Part shown: positions 1 to 14,910 of the stretch, piece after piece | Position numbering within the stretch: the first letter of the stretch is position 1 | Layout: each line of letters starts with the position of its first letter | NCBI RefSeq assembly: GCF_009914755.1 | Contig: NC_060934.1 | DNA length: 64,000 nucleotides | Reading direction: 5' to 3' (one strand) | Source: the human T2T-CHM13v2.0 reference genome, Homo sapiens | Position numbers and translations under genes: made by a program | Notes under the pieces: generated by a model | What the model was told of the DNA's origin: nothing | Seen by the model: the letters and a program-made list of their open reading frames with translations, nothing else | Databases searched by the model: none

Positions 1-233
<233 letters not shown>

Positions 234-542
234 AGAGTCTCATCCTCTCTCCCAGCCCCTCAGGATCCCCTCCAAGCTTCTTCCCACTCATCCCCAAAAC
301 TTGCTCTGAATTCCCCCGAGAATACCCCCTGAGCGTTTTGTTGGTGCCTATTTTATGACATTCATCATATTCCACCTCCTGTTCAGCTCAACAGCCCAGC
401 ACTCCTTGACATGTTTATGCAGCTTTGTGTCACCTATGTAGGATCTGGTCCAAAGCAGGGCTTCAAGTAATTGATGAAGAAGTAGCTAACACATGGTTTA
501 GGGTGTCACCCTTCCAAACCTAGATACATTGTAACAGGAGAC

Positions 543-601
543 TGGATGGAAGGATGGATGGATGGATGGATGGATGGATGGATGGATAAATAGATGGATG
601 G
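543..601 (+). repeat. (TGGA)n microsatellite
   Basis: Direct reading of GGAT/TGGA repeats. Confidence 0.95.
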
Positions 602-1120
602 TTACACCCCACGGGAGCACACAACTTAAACTCTGAGTGATGTAGAGTCAGAGACTGTGCAGGTAGAAAAGTGGATTTATGGAGAAGATAGCAGAGAAGC
701 AAATAGGGAGAGAAATGGAGAGCAGAGCTCTCTGTCCACTTAGTTGGGACAGGGAGAGGACAGAGAAGGGACTGAAGTGGATCTCTGTGCCTTTGCTTCT
801 CCGTTTGCCAAAGGAGTGGGTTTGGATCATCTCTAAGGTCCCTTCCAGCTTGAGAGCCCACTGGACCACAAATTGTGAATTACTAGTCACTGGGCCCTGG
901 TGAAAGTTAAGTGGTACAGCTGCTTTCACCAGATCAGCCAAACGTTGGCAAGCATTTTTGACTCCCATTTTAAGAAAAATCCTTAAACCTTAATCATAAT
1001 TTCATATGATGAACTATTTGAGCTCCCAAAGAGGAAATTCTTGCATTTCAAAAACTGCAATTTGAGCACAAACCCCTTGCCATGGCCTTGAATCTGAAGA
1101 GCATCCTTTCTGCCTCCCTC

Positions 1121-1479
<359 letters not shown>

Positions 1480-2036
1480 TGATTCCTCTGTGTGAGCCTA
1501 CCAACTTGTATGCACAGAAGGACATGTCCCACAGCGATCCCACTACACCCACTCCTTTTCCAGCAGAACCCTGACCTTTGCTTCTTGTTATAAGCCAGCA
1601 TAATTACAAGCAGCAGAGACTACCAAAAACTCTACACACACGTGCTCTCGCACTCATACACAGACATGGAGCTGCTGTGAACAAACTGTTCAAGTGCATT
1701 CAAGTTCAAGAGCATGAGTGGGAGAAGGGGAGAGAGATTTTAATCTTTGGCCTGTCACATGGGAGAAGAAAGAAAATATCACGTCCTCATGCCTGTGTCC
1801 TGTAATGTTTATCGTCTGAGATCACAGGCAACGAATCTCCTCCCTGTGTCCCGTTTCCTCCCCCAGCCCTGGGTTGGGGATGCTGGCTTGGAATTAGAGA
1901 AGACAGGATATGTGCTGATCAGTAGAGGAAAAGTGAAGACTGAGTTCTAGATGGAGCCTCAGGGGCTAGAAGATGGGGCCTAACCTGGGGTATATGTGCA
2001 CTTTGACCCACTAGAAATTATGTCTTAATTTTTTAT

Positions 2037-2606
<570 letters not shown>

Positions 2607-2620
2607 TTAGAGATAATACA

Positions 2621-3381
<761 letters not shown>

Positions 3382-3409
3382 ATATGGCAAAAGGCAAAGG
3401 CCACAGCCT

Positions 3410-3580
3410 GAAGGTGAGGAGATCTGGGTTCAAGGTTTGGGTCTTTGACTTACTAGCTGTGTAGGGTTGGAGAAAGCACTTCAATTCTCAATGCTTCAGT
3501 ATCTTCAGCTAAAAAAATGGAGATGATGATAATGATGATGCCTACATCTCAAGCTTGTTGTGAGACTTAGAGTGAGAAAG
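3410..3580 (+). mobile_element. MIR
   Basis: GATCTGGGTTCAA...ACTTACTAGCTGTGT...CTTCAGTATCTTCAGCTAAAAAAATGGAGATG core. Confidence 0.75.
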
Positions 3581-3675
3581 ACTGAGATCTGTGGTATGGG
3601 AATTATCTAGATAGATTCAATGACTACTTTCAAGTTCACTACTGAGCAGGCTCAATCAAAGGTCACAGAGCATCG

Positions 3676-4520
<845 letters not shown>

Positions 4521-5009
4521 GCTTATTAAATCAACTTAAAAGCAAGAAACAAGAGGAAAGAGATGGGTTCAGATGTAAGCAGAGTGAAAGACAACATGAG
4601 CTGAGCCCTGGATTTTGCAATATTCGTGTATCTATCCAGTTATCCAGTTTCTCTCCCTGCCTCACCAGCCTTGCCCACTGATGGCAGGGATTCTGAGGAC
4701 CAGAGTTGAGGTGTGAGCAAAGGGACCATTTTTAGACCTCATGAATAGTGAGTGCCTCATATCATGTGTATATTTAGCATATCATGAATATTTGATGCTT
4801 TGTTTATGTATTTTAAATGCCTAACAAGTGTATTTAATGCATGCTTGGTCTCTCCATCCCTTTTTTGTTTGTTTAAAAAGTACTTTATTAACCTTAAAAT
4901 ATTACAGAAATAGGAGTAAACTGCATCCTTGTTATTCATGCCTTCTGCTTTTCTGGCCACTCATTTGCCATGTGTTTATTTTGCTTAGAGTGACTTCTAT
5001 CAAGCCTTA

Positions 5010-5740
5010 TCAAACTCCTCTTCATCCTTCAAAGCCCAGTTTTCAGTCCATCTTCTCCAGAAAGCCTGCCCTGACATTTCAGCCAGCAATGTACTAGAGA
5101 TGGCTCACACCAGCTCACAAGAACCAATTGTTAATATTTCATGAATTTTGTGAGCTGGTTATGGAACACAGGCATTATTAAAAATTAAGTTATGTAAACT
5201 CAGAAGTAAATAAATTGTATTAAAAACTAAGGTAGGAAATGTCCAGAACTCATCACCTCTGAATTATAATACATTTTGCTATAATCTGTGCTCAAGTTCA
5301 TTTACGTCTATTGCACCGTTAAAGTGGAGCTACTCTGTGACGAGGCACTCTTGAGTGTCTCTCCCCAACTCCATGTTTAATGAGTCAACTTGGCAACTTG
5401 AAATTGACCATGGTAGAAGTATGGTATTTACACCGTGAAAATTGGCAAATGCTACAAATTGGAGTTTTTATTTTCTTTCCAGGCAGTTGTTAAACATTTA
5501 CCAGCACTGCCACTGGCCCCAGCCAAAGTAATCTAAACTCTCATAGCCCTCCTATCTTTCCTGCTCAGTGAATGGGCATTTCGCATTTGCTGCCTGAGTT
5601 ACCAGGTACATTTCGTGTGTGTGCTTCTATGTACACGCATGCCTCCTCCCCTTAACTGGGTTATTGCCAGCTTTAGAGGCAGGGACTGTGTCTCCTTCAA
5701 CCTTCTGGAGGCTCTTTCCTTAAATGACTGAACAAAATGT
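5010..5740 (+). mobile_element. L2 3' fragments, interrupted by MER63
   Basis: CTCTTCATCCTTCAAAGCCCAG...TCTCCAGAAAGCCTGCCCTGAC and GAGGCAGGGACTGTGTCT motifs. Confidence 0.55.
5084..5515 (+). mobile_element. MER63B-like hAT-Blackjack DNA transposon
   Basis: CAG...CCAGCACTGCCACTG termini; TATTTACACCGTGAAAATTGGCAAATGCTACAAAT core. Confidence 0.8.
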
Positions 5741-6656
5741 ATCCATCTCCCAGCGTGAAGCCCAGCACCATCCTCAAACTTCCTGGCACTTCCAAGGGGC
5801 TTGCCCACTCACCATCTCCGCTCCTCCCCTTCTGGCTGCTGACCTGCTCCTGTTGCTGCTCTCTGTGTCTGTCCCACATCAGTCCCTACCTCTCCTCCTC
5901 TGTCCCCCACAGCACTATGGACACAGCAATGTAATTTTACCGCGGGTTTGGTAATGGGCTGGAGTACAGCAGAGGAATCGGTAATAATGCAACGTGAGGT
6001 ATCACTTCCTTGATGCATCCGTTCCCATTCCTGGGATCTGTCCCTACCTTTTTTTCTCCATGGGGCCCTCTCCACCAGGACCCTTCTCTCTTTGTTTGAG
6101 GGTCCCCAAGCTCCAGTTTCCTTACTCATCAAGAGAAAATTTACAATCTATCTCACACAGTAATGACAAAAGATTTGTTCTCAATATTTCCTAAGGCCCC
6201 ATCTTTGCGCATTTTTTTAAAAAAAGATGACTTTATTAAGGAGTTTTGATAAATAAAAGAGTTTAGCAAGGCAAGGAATTGTAGAAGTTTTGAGAATATT
6301 TACACATTATTTAAAAAAAAAAAAAACATACTCCAGATCAATTTCATAGGCATCTATCAGAACATCTATCAGAACCCAGAAGCATTTACTCCTTCTCACT
6401 ATGCTTCTGAACATGCCTTTGGATGGACTGAGACTGATATGCATCCCATCCTGGGTAACCTGACCCTGCACTCCCAGCATCTTCCTGAGGTCAGGAAGCC
6501 CTAGCAGGTGACTTCCCGGAATCCCCAGCTATTCTGAGATTGGCTTTGAAAACCATCATCCTTGCATCCTCTCCAGCCCTCTCGCCTTCAGAACCTCTAT
6601 CCCTGAGCTCACACACCCTGAAATCACATCTCTTTGAGAACTTTTACAGACTCGCT

Positions 6657-6937
6657 TTTTTTTTTTTTTTAAGAGACAGGGTCTTGCTCTGTTGCCCAGC
6701 AAGCAATCCTCCCTCCTCAGCCTCCCAAGGAGCTCAAGCGATTCTCCCTCCTCATCCTCCTAAGTAGCTAGGACTGTAGGCGCGTGCCACCAAATGTGGC
6801 TAGGTATTTTATTTTTAGTAGAGACAGGGTCTCTCTATGTTGCCCAGGCTTGTCTGGAACTCCTGGCCTCAAGCAATCCTCCTGCCTTGGCCTCCTAAAG
6901 TGGTGGAATTACAGATGTGAGCCACCACCCACCGCCT
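6657..6937 (-). mobile_element. AluJ with internal deletion/duplication
   Basis: AluJ-type GAGACAGGGTCT, TCCTGGCCTCAAGCAATCCTCC; TSD-like GACTC(G/A)CT. Confidence 0.88.
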
Positions 6938-7585
6938 GACTCACTATGCATTGTCTCTCCCAAGCATCAACTGATAGAGATTTTTCCTTCCTGGAAGCAC
7001 TCCTTATCCCCATAGGCCACTTCCTGCCTCCTGTTACTAGACATTTCTGGGTGGAAACATTTTCTGTCTCCAAAAGGAGACTTCAGGTAACAAAGGCAGG
7101 GACCATTCTAGCTCCCCCACCTTCCCTTGGTATCTTGTATTTCTGCAGCAGTTTGCTCATAGTCAATGTTCAGTGCAGTAAAAACCCTGCAACCTTCACC
7201 TGATAAAACTGCTTTCTCCAACACTTCCAATGTGAGGCTGCCCCCTTGCTGTGTCTACCGTGTGCACGTTACATTCATGACAAGGGGAAGACTTTTTTCT
7301 CTGCAGTAAAAATGATGTATACAGTGTACCGAAGGTCCCAAGGCTAAAAATGGGCTCATGAAACACTCAGACACCTCATTAAATGCACCTCTTTCTCATC
7401 CATGATGATGATCGTGAAGAGTGAGTAACCTTAATATCTCAAAACCACAAGTAGTCAAAAAATAATTTATATCTGGCACTTATATTATTCTCTTATATTG
7501 TTCTTAGAGTTCCATTATAGACTCACACATTTTTAGAATGAAAAGACTAGTCTGTTCCCCTCCCTTTAAAAAAAATTGTGATATA

Positions 7586-7735
7586 CTGGGCAGAGTAGTA
7601 GTTCCAGCTACTTGGGAGGCTGAGATGGGAGGATCGCTTGAGCCTAGGAATTCGAGACTGCAGTGAGCTATCATCATGACACTGCACTACAGCCTGGGCA
7701 ACAGAACGACAACCTGTTTCTAAAATAGATAAACA
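7586..7735 (+). mobile_element. Alu right-arm monomer (FRAM/AluJ fragment)
   Basis: GGAGGATCGCTTGAGCCTAGGAATTCGAGACTGCAGTGAGCTA. Confidence 0.8.
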
Positions 7736-8635
7736 AATTTAATTCATTAAGAATCCAGACAGTTGCCCATTGCGGCACCCAGACAGATGGGCTTCCTTTC
7801 GGGCTGTGAGCAGCCAGTTAGGACGCCCCACCCGACTTAAATGAACTTAACAGTAAATCCTTTTGGGGAGTGAAGAGTCCTCTTTCCCCCTCACCCTTCC
7901 TTTTGTGAATTGAAATCTTTGTGAACACTGTTTTCTTAAAGCAGAATTCGCTCTACAGCCACGAGAAGGAAGGCTATCCATTGTCACGGCTGCTTCGACG
8001 ATATTCTCTTACAAGAAAAACTTTTTCACTTTATCTGCCACCCCCCGACCTTTTCTTTAAACAACAGCAGCAGATGTTGGAGATGGGGTCAGAGACTGCT
8101 GGAGACCAGCTTTCCTACAAGAGGGTCCCATGTAGGAGTTGTCCTACTTCTTCTCAATTCCTCCAAATCAGGGTCTCAGAGTCCGTTATGACGGCTTGGA
8201 CTCGGAACTGTGCTGGTGCAGTTTAAGGTCCGGAGCATCCCTTGGAAACGTTTTAATGTTCCTGACAGATCATCAGTCAAATCACCATGTCCTCATTTGG
8301 AGTTCCCAGCTCTCTGAACTGAACTCTGTCTAGCTAAAAAGGGAAGGAAAATACTCCATGTGCTCTTTACTGCAGGATCCAGCCAGATATGAGCCTACTT
8401 TCATTGTCAGTGGCACCAAAATCCAGATCATCACCCTGGCTGGAGACTCCAAATAGCTCCCCAAGGCCACGAACCTTGTGTAGACTTGGGGTTTGGAAGA
8501 GGTCACTTTGGATCTCACAAATGCACCTCAGTCCACCTCCGGAGCCTGAAAATGTTTATCAGAATGATTTGAAGTTCAAATTAACATCAGATGACTAGCC
8601 AAGGCACCCCCATTTATGTTATAAAATCACATTTT

Positions 8636-8822
8636 CCAAGCTGGAAAGGATCTTGGAGATCTTTGAGCCCAATCTCCTCATCCTACAAATGAGGAAAGGT
8701 GGGGAGAGCAGCGAGTTGAAGAGGGTCATCAAAGGACATGCTGCTGGTTGGTAAACAGAGACAGGGCCAGAACCCAACCAGGTCTCCTAACTCCCTATGA
8801 CCATAATTCTTTCCACTACAGC
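8636..8822 (-). mobile_element. MIR (MIR3/MIRc-like)
   Basis: CTGGAAAGGATCTTGGAGATC...CTCATCCTACAAATGAGGAAA...CTTTCCACTACA. Confidence 0.65.
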
Positions 8823-9617
8823 CCGTCCGAGTTTCCAGATAACCAAAACATTGACAAAACCCTGCCGATGGCCCACCAACTTCAGTCAATATTTGCTATG
8901 ACAAAATTCCAGCAGAACCTAGAGATTTTGAAATCTGTATTCATGTGACTTGATGTGTTCAACTGGAAAGAGACAATTTTTGACTTTTCTCTATGTGACA
9001 AGGCTATCTGTTGATTTAGGTCACCCACAGTGAGTGTTTTGTACTCTCTTACCAAATTCACACTCCATAAGTGTTCCATAAACATCCAGCCCATTTCTCC
9101 TGCTTCTTCACCCCCAGAAAGAACCCGCATGACAAATACTTTTTGGTTCCTTGAGGTGAATTGACCAGGGGTAGCAGAATTAGGATGAGGATTTTCTGGC
9201 ATTTGGTCCTGGGGGCTTCACTTGACAGGGCCATTGAACCAAAAGTCAGGGGACCTGGGTTTGAGCACCCGCCTGCGCAATCCCTGCCTGGTTTCTTTGG
9301 AAAGGCTCACACCTGGCCTGGCCTGCAGAAGCCAGGGGGTTTAAGGAGCTCCAGCCCTGGGCTCTCAGCTTTAAGTCCAGCCGGCCTCTCATTTCCCAGG
9401 TTGGTCTCCACACTCTGTTCTTCTGCACCTGGGGGGTGACCTGCCATGGCATCATCATCAACAGGTTCTGTGTTTTGTTTTTCTCTGCAAACTCATTCAA
9501 ACTCACTTTCTCCCCCATAACCCTTTCTATGACAGACTTCCCCAGTGCTTGGTCCTGGACTCTCTGTCACTGCACTGACCACCTCTTGGGACATATGACC
9601 ATGCTGGGCTAGACCCC

Positions 9618-9973
9618 TGATATGGTTTGGCTGTGTCCCCACCCAACTCTCAACTTGAATTGTAATAATCCCCACATGTCAAAGGCAGAGCTACGTGGAG
9701 ATAATTGAATCATGGGGGGTGGTTCCCCCATACTGTTCTTGTGGTAGTGAATAAGTCTCATGAGATCTGATGGTTTTATAAAGGGGAGTTCCCCTGCACA
9801 ATCTCTCTTGCGTGCCACCATGTAAGACGTGCCTTTGCTTCTCCTTTGCCTTCGGCCATGATTGTGAGGCCTCCCCAGCCATGTGGAGCTGTGAGTCCAT
9901 TAAACCTCTTTCCTTTAGAAATTACCCAGTCTTGGGTATGTCTTTATTAGCAGCATGAGAACGGACTAATACA
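9618..9973 (+). mobile_element. THE1B-like solo LTR
   Basis: TGATATGGTTTGGCTGTGTCCCCACCC...ACGGACTAATACA, full length; CCCC flanks both ends. Confidence 0.93.
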
Positions 9974-10130
9974 CCCCTCCAGTGCTGAAAGCTCACCTGG
10001 CCTTGGCTGGGGTGAAGTACCTGGTGGTTCTGATTCTACATGTCTGTATACATTCAATTCCCCAAACTAAACCTCTCTCTGGCTTCCCTCCCAGTCTCAA
10101 CTAGGTCTCCCTCCCACCTCCCACTCCCAC

Positions 10131-10480
10131 TGTATATATATATAATATATATTATATTATAATTATAATATTATATAATATATATTATATTATATTTATT
10201 ATATATATTATATTTATTATAATTATATTATAATTATAATATAATATATATTATATAATATATAATATATATTATATATAGTATAAATAATAGATATTAT
10301 ATATTATATAATATATATTATATATTGTATAAATAATATATATTATATATTATATAATATATATTATATAATATATAATATATAGTATAAATAATATATA
10401 TTATATAATATATAATATATAGTATAAATAATATATATTATATATATATAAAACTCCCATATTATATATATATATATATG
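10131..10480. repeat. ~350-bp nearly pure A/T (TA/TAA) low-complexity expansion
   Basis: Direct reading; recurring sub-unit GTATAAATAATA. Confidence 0.95.
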
Positions 10481-10865
10481 GGAGTTTATTAAGTATTAAC
10501 TCACATGATCACAAGGTCCCACAATAGGCTGCCTGCAGGCTGAGGAGCAAAGAGAGCCAGTCCGAATTCCAAAACTGAAGAACTTGGAGTCCAGTGTTCG
10601 AGGGCAGGAAGCATCCAGCATGGGAGAATGATGTAGGCTGGGAGGCCAGGCCAGTCTCTCTTTTCACATTTTTCTGCCTGCTTGTATTCTAGCTGCACTG
10701 GCAGCTGATTAGCTTGAGCCCACCCAGATTAAGGGTGGGTCTGCCTTTCCCAGCCAACTGACTCAAATGTTAATCTCCTTTGGCAATACCCTCACAGACA
10801 CACCCAGGATCAATACTTTGTATCCTTCAATCCAATCAAGCTGACACTCAGTATGAACCATCACA
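10131..10865 (-). mobile_element. MLT2A1-like (HERV-L) solo LTR with AT-rich expansion
   Basis: GGAGTTTATTAAGTATTAACTCACATGATCACAAGGTCCC...CAATCAAGCTGACACTCAGTATGAACCATCACA; TSD CCCAC at 10126-10130 and 10866-10870. Confidence 0.9.
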
Positions 10866-11075
10866 CCCACCAACCCTCTTCCCCACCTCCCATCACCCCA
10901 CAGCCTTTGGGTGGGCCCAGTTTCAGAGTAAGGGTACCCTGTCTTACGGAAATGAAGGGGCCAGGCTGGGCACACGTGATTCACAGGAGTACTGTGCATA
11001 CACACACATGCAAACACAGGCATGAGAATCGATGGAACAGGATGTGAGGATTTGGCCATTAGAAAAGCAAGGCTG

Positions 11076-11444
<369 letters not shown>

Positions 11445-12190
11445 CTAGTTTTGAAAGAGAGTTGAAACGTACCCACTAAATGAGGAAGATGAACACTGAA
11501 AATTTGAACATGCTGGTGGGTTCATCCTGTCCCCAGGCTCACATGGGTGTCATGGAAATATGGAAACTCATTAGCCACAGCAGATACCAAAACAAGACTG
11601 AATTTTGAGGGCCTGTTGCTGAAGCAGGTGTGTATTTCTTCTTAAAAGTCCTAAATCTGGTGGTATAATGAAGAGCCTTTGTTTCTATTTAAATTTTGTT
11701 GATCAAAAATCTGGGTTCATGATTTGTCCCCTTGACAATTTCCAAAAGCAAGTGTCTTCCTCACACAGCCCTCAGATGAATCCAGCGTGGGCCGGTGTCC
11801 TGTACTTGGGATTCTCCCTCTCTCCTAGAGCCCTGAGAAAGGTCACATGGGGAGCGCAGTGGGAATAAGCTGGCGACCCCTGGGTGGAAAGCGGTGCAGG
11901 CTGAACAGATGGAGCTCCGTGGAGGCCCCAGAGGCCCCGGAAGATTAATCGCAGCTCCCAGTTGACGTGGGGACAGGAGGCACACACAAAGTTGGGGTGT
12001 GGTGGTCACAGAGGCTGAGTGCACAGAGGATGTCATGGAACAACTGGCTTTGGGGCACCTTTTGACCTCTTGTTCCATCCTGAACCTAGTAATTCAGAGA
12101 TGTAATATTCGTACAGTCAGTCCTGCAATTGCTCCATATGGTAGTTCCTTAGAAGTGTATGTTTTACTTGCAAGTTTTCAAAAGCTTTCC

Positions 12191-12640
12191 TATACTTTTA
12201 GGTTGGGTTCCCCAGAAACAGCCTAGGAAGAAGATTCATGTGCCAGTGACTTACAATGGAAGTACTCCCACAAGAAACCAGCAAGGGAACGGGGGAAACA
12301 GGAGAGGGAAGTGGGAAGAGACCCAGCACAGGTATGCGTTCAGGTGCAATCCCAGCCTCAGCAGACCCTAAAGGGGACCCAGGAGTATAAATTACAGCTT
12401 ACGGTTTATCCCCCGGCGGGGAAGGGAACTGTCATTAGCTACAGGCCACTGGGGCCAGGATGGGCTCATGAATTCCCAGAATGTTCCAGATCTTTGCTTG
12501 TGGGAGAAGAAGCTCCAGTAGCCCAAAGGCCAGCCTCCAGAGAAGTTCTCATGTGGGAGCTTTTAGACAAGAAGCACTCAGAACCTGGGAGACAGACACG
12601 CAGAAGCAATAACATTCTCCTAGGAGGCCTGGCAGAGCTA
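12191..12640 (-). mobile_element. ERVL LTR (LTR16-family-like)
   Basis: TTAGGTTGGGTTCCCCAGAAACAGCC...AGATTCATGTGCCAGTGACTT typical of the LTR16 3' end in antisense. Confidence 0.6.
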
Positions 12641-12669
12641 GTGCACTTGATCCAAAAACCACTGGGGAA

Positions 12670-12812
12670 CGGGCATATATCCTCCATTTACAGAATGGGG
12701 AAACTGCGATAAAGAGCCACTGTGCCCAAGGCCGCACACTCAGTGTAAATAACAGAGGCTGACAGAACCCACCCCGCGCCTCAGTCTTCCAGGCTCTTCC
12801 TTCGCTACCACA
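12670..12812 (-). mobile_element. MIR
   Basis: CCATTTACAGAATGGGGAAACTG...TGCCCAAGGCCGCAC. Confidence 0.7.
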
Positions 12813-12854
12813 TAAGTGGACTTTTCTTACTGTCTACTGTGGCTATCCACCCTG

Positions 12855-13040
12855 CCCAAGGTGACACGCGCCCAGGGAAGGAATGTAATCAGGAAGTCAA
12901 CTCAGCTGCATTCCAAAGCCAACTGGAAATTCCTTTCAGATTTGCTGCTGGTTTTTATTATACTCAGCTATTAATCCCCTATCAGAACAGGTTATCAGGA
13001 TCTGGTAGCAGCTTCTTACTTATTAATCTCAACACCTCTG
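12855..13040. promoter_or_regulatory. Candidate enhancer (TF motif cluster)
   Basis: Unique sequence with T-box, TEAD x2, ETS, NF-kB-like, TAATCC and GATA motifs in ~180 bp; motif evidence only. Confidence 0.3.
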
Positions 13041-13122
13041 GGAAACAGACTGCAGAATAGGTTAGTTTTGATGAACAAGCTCACCATTCTAATGTGCCTT
13101 ACACTGTCCCCACTCACTCCAC

Positions 13123-13162
13123 CCCTGTACCTGTGCCATCCCTGTACCTGTGCCATCCCTGT
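13123..13162. repeat. 17-bp tandem duplication CCCTGTACCTGTGCCAT x2.3
   Basis: Direct reading. Confidence 0.9.
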
Positions 13163-13642
13163 CCTACCTGGGCAACGCCTTCTCCTCGACTCCCTTCAAA
13201 GTCATATCCTACCTTCAGGCAAGATCCCCACTTAAGCCTTTGAGCATGTTTTGTCAAGACATCCACTACCCAGGGCCTGCTCCCCTCTGACCTTGGAAAT
13301 CGGCTGTGCAGCCTCTTGGTAGTGTCTCTTTCTGCCTCCCTTTTTAATGGGTTTCTCTCCAAAGCAAAGATCCATTTCTTAGGACATCTGCAGCCATATT
13401 CTCTGTATATTCTGCAGTGTCCAGTGTGATGCTTGTAAACAGTGGATGTTTGGATAGCATTTAGCCACTCAACACTGGAGAAACGTGGCAGCACCAAGAT
13501 CAACCTCAAATCACGAGCTCAGCTCAGCCTGGAAATGTGTCCTGTAGATGTTCTGATATGCGTTTCCTCTTTGAAACTGGGTGGGATCTAGGAGACTTTC
13601 TGTTCAGGACTGCCCCTCTAAGGGGTGCCAGGGAAAGGGGCG

Positions 13643-14165
<523 letters not shown>

Positions 14166-14249
14166 CTATTAGTAGTAGTATTGCTATTGTTATTTTACAA
14201 AAGTCAGAGGGTTAAGGAATTTGCCTCAACATTTTATATCTAGGAAGAT

Positions 14250-14520
14250 TATGCTCAAATATCACCTTCTCAATGAGACTTTCCCTGGCCACCCTATTTT
14301 AAATGGCAGCCATCCCCTTTCCCATACGTCTCATCCCCCTCTCCTGCTTGTCAGCTTCTAACCTGCTATGTAATTTACTTTTTTTTTGTCTGTTTCCCCA
14401 ACTATAGGGGAAGGCAAACACAGGGGTTTCTGCCTATTGTGTTCCCTGCTGGATCCCCCAAGGGCTGGAACAGTGTCTGGCACACAGTACGGACACAAGA
14501 AATATTCATGGAATGATGAA
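14250..14520 (+). mobile_element. L2a 3' end
   Basis: CTCAAATATCACCTTCTCAATGAG...GAACAGTGTCTGGCACACAGTA...AAATATTCATGGAATGA. Confidence 0.8.
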
Positions 14521-14750
14521 GCAGCAAATCTAGGATTCAGTGATGTTTTGGCAGCTGTGAGCATCACCACACACTGGCTTGGGTGATGGCCTTGACTGTG
14601 GCTTCCTATATACAGTCTTCCCTCTCAGCCCCTACTCCCAACACCCACAAATATACTGTGATAGTTCAGCAGCAAGTCACAGAAAAGACTCAACTTCTAC
14701 ACGGAGGCACTGCATGAATGAGAAGAAAGATAGGCCACAAGAGGATGGCT

Positions 14751-14910
14751 ATCTCATCATTTTTATTCTTCCACTTTGGTAACAAAGCCCTCAGGCGTGG
14801 GTCCACCTGAGACTGAACTCTACCATATAGATGTGTGCTGTCCAATCTAGAGGCCATGTGCCACATGTGAGTATTCCGCATTCGGCATGTGGCCAGTGCA
14901 GACTGAGATG
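14751..14910 (+). repeat. Local direct duplicate of 15802-15961 (unique flank plus MER33 end)
   Basis: Ungapped alignment, 132/160 identical by manual count. Confidence 0.9.

Noticed and set aside
6351-6374. 12-bp tandem duplication CATCTATCAGAA x2
   Set aside because: Ordinary slippage duplication with no further structure
11780-11990. GC/CpG-richer patch as a possible CpG-island promoter
   Set aside because: Too short and too CpG-sparse for an island; no core promoter arrangement evident
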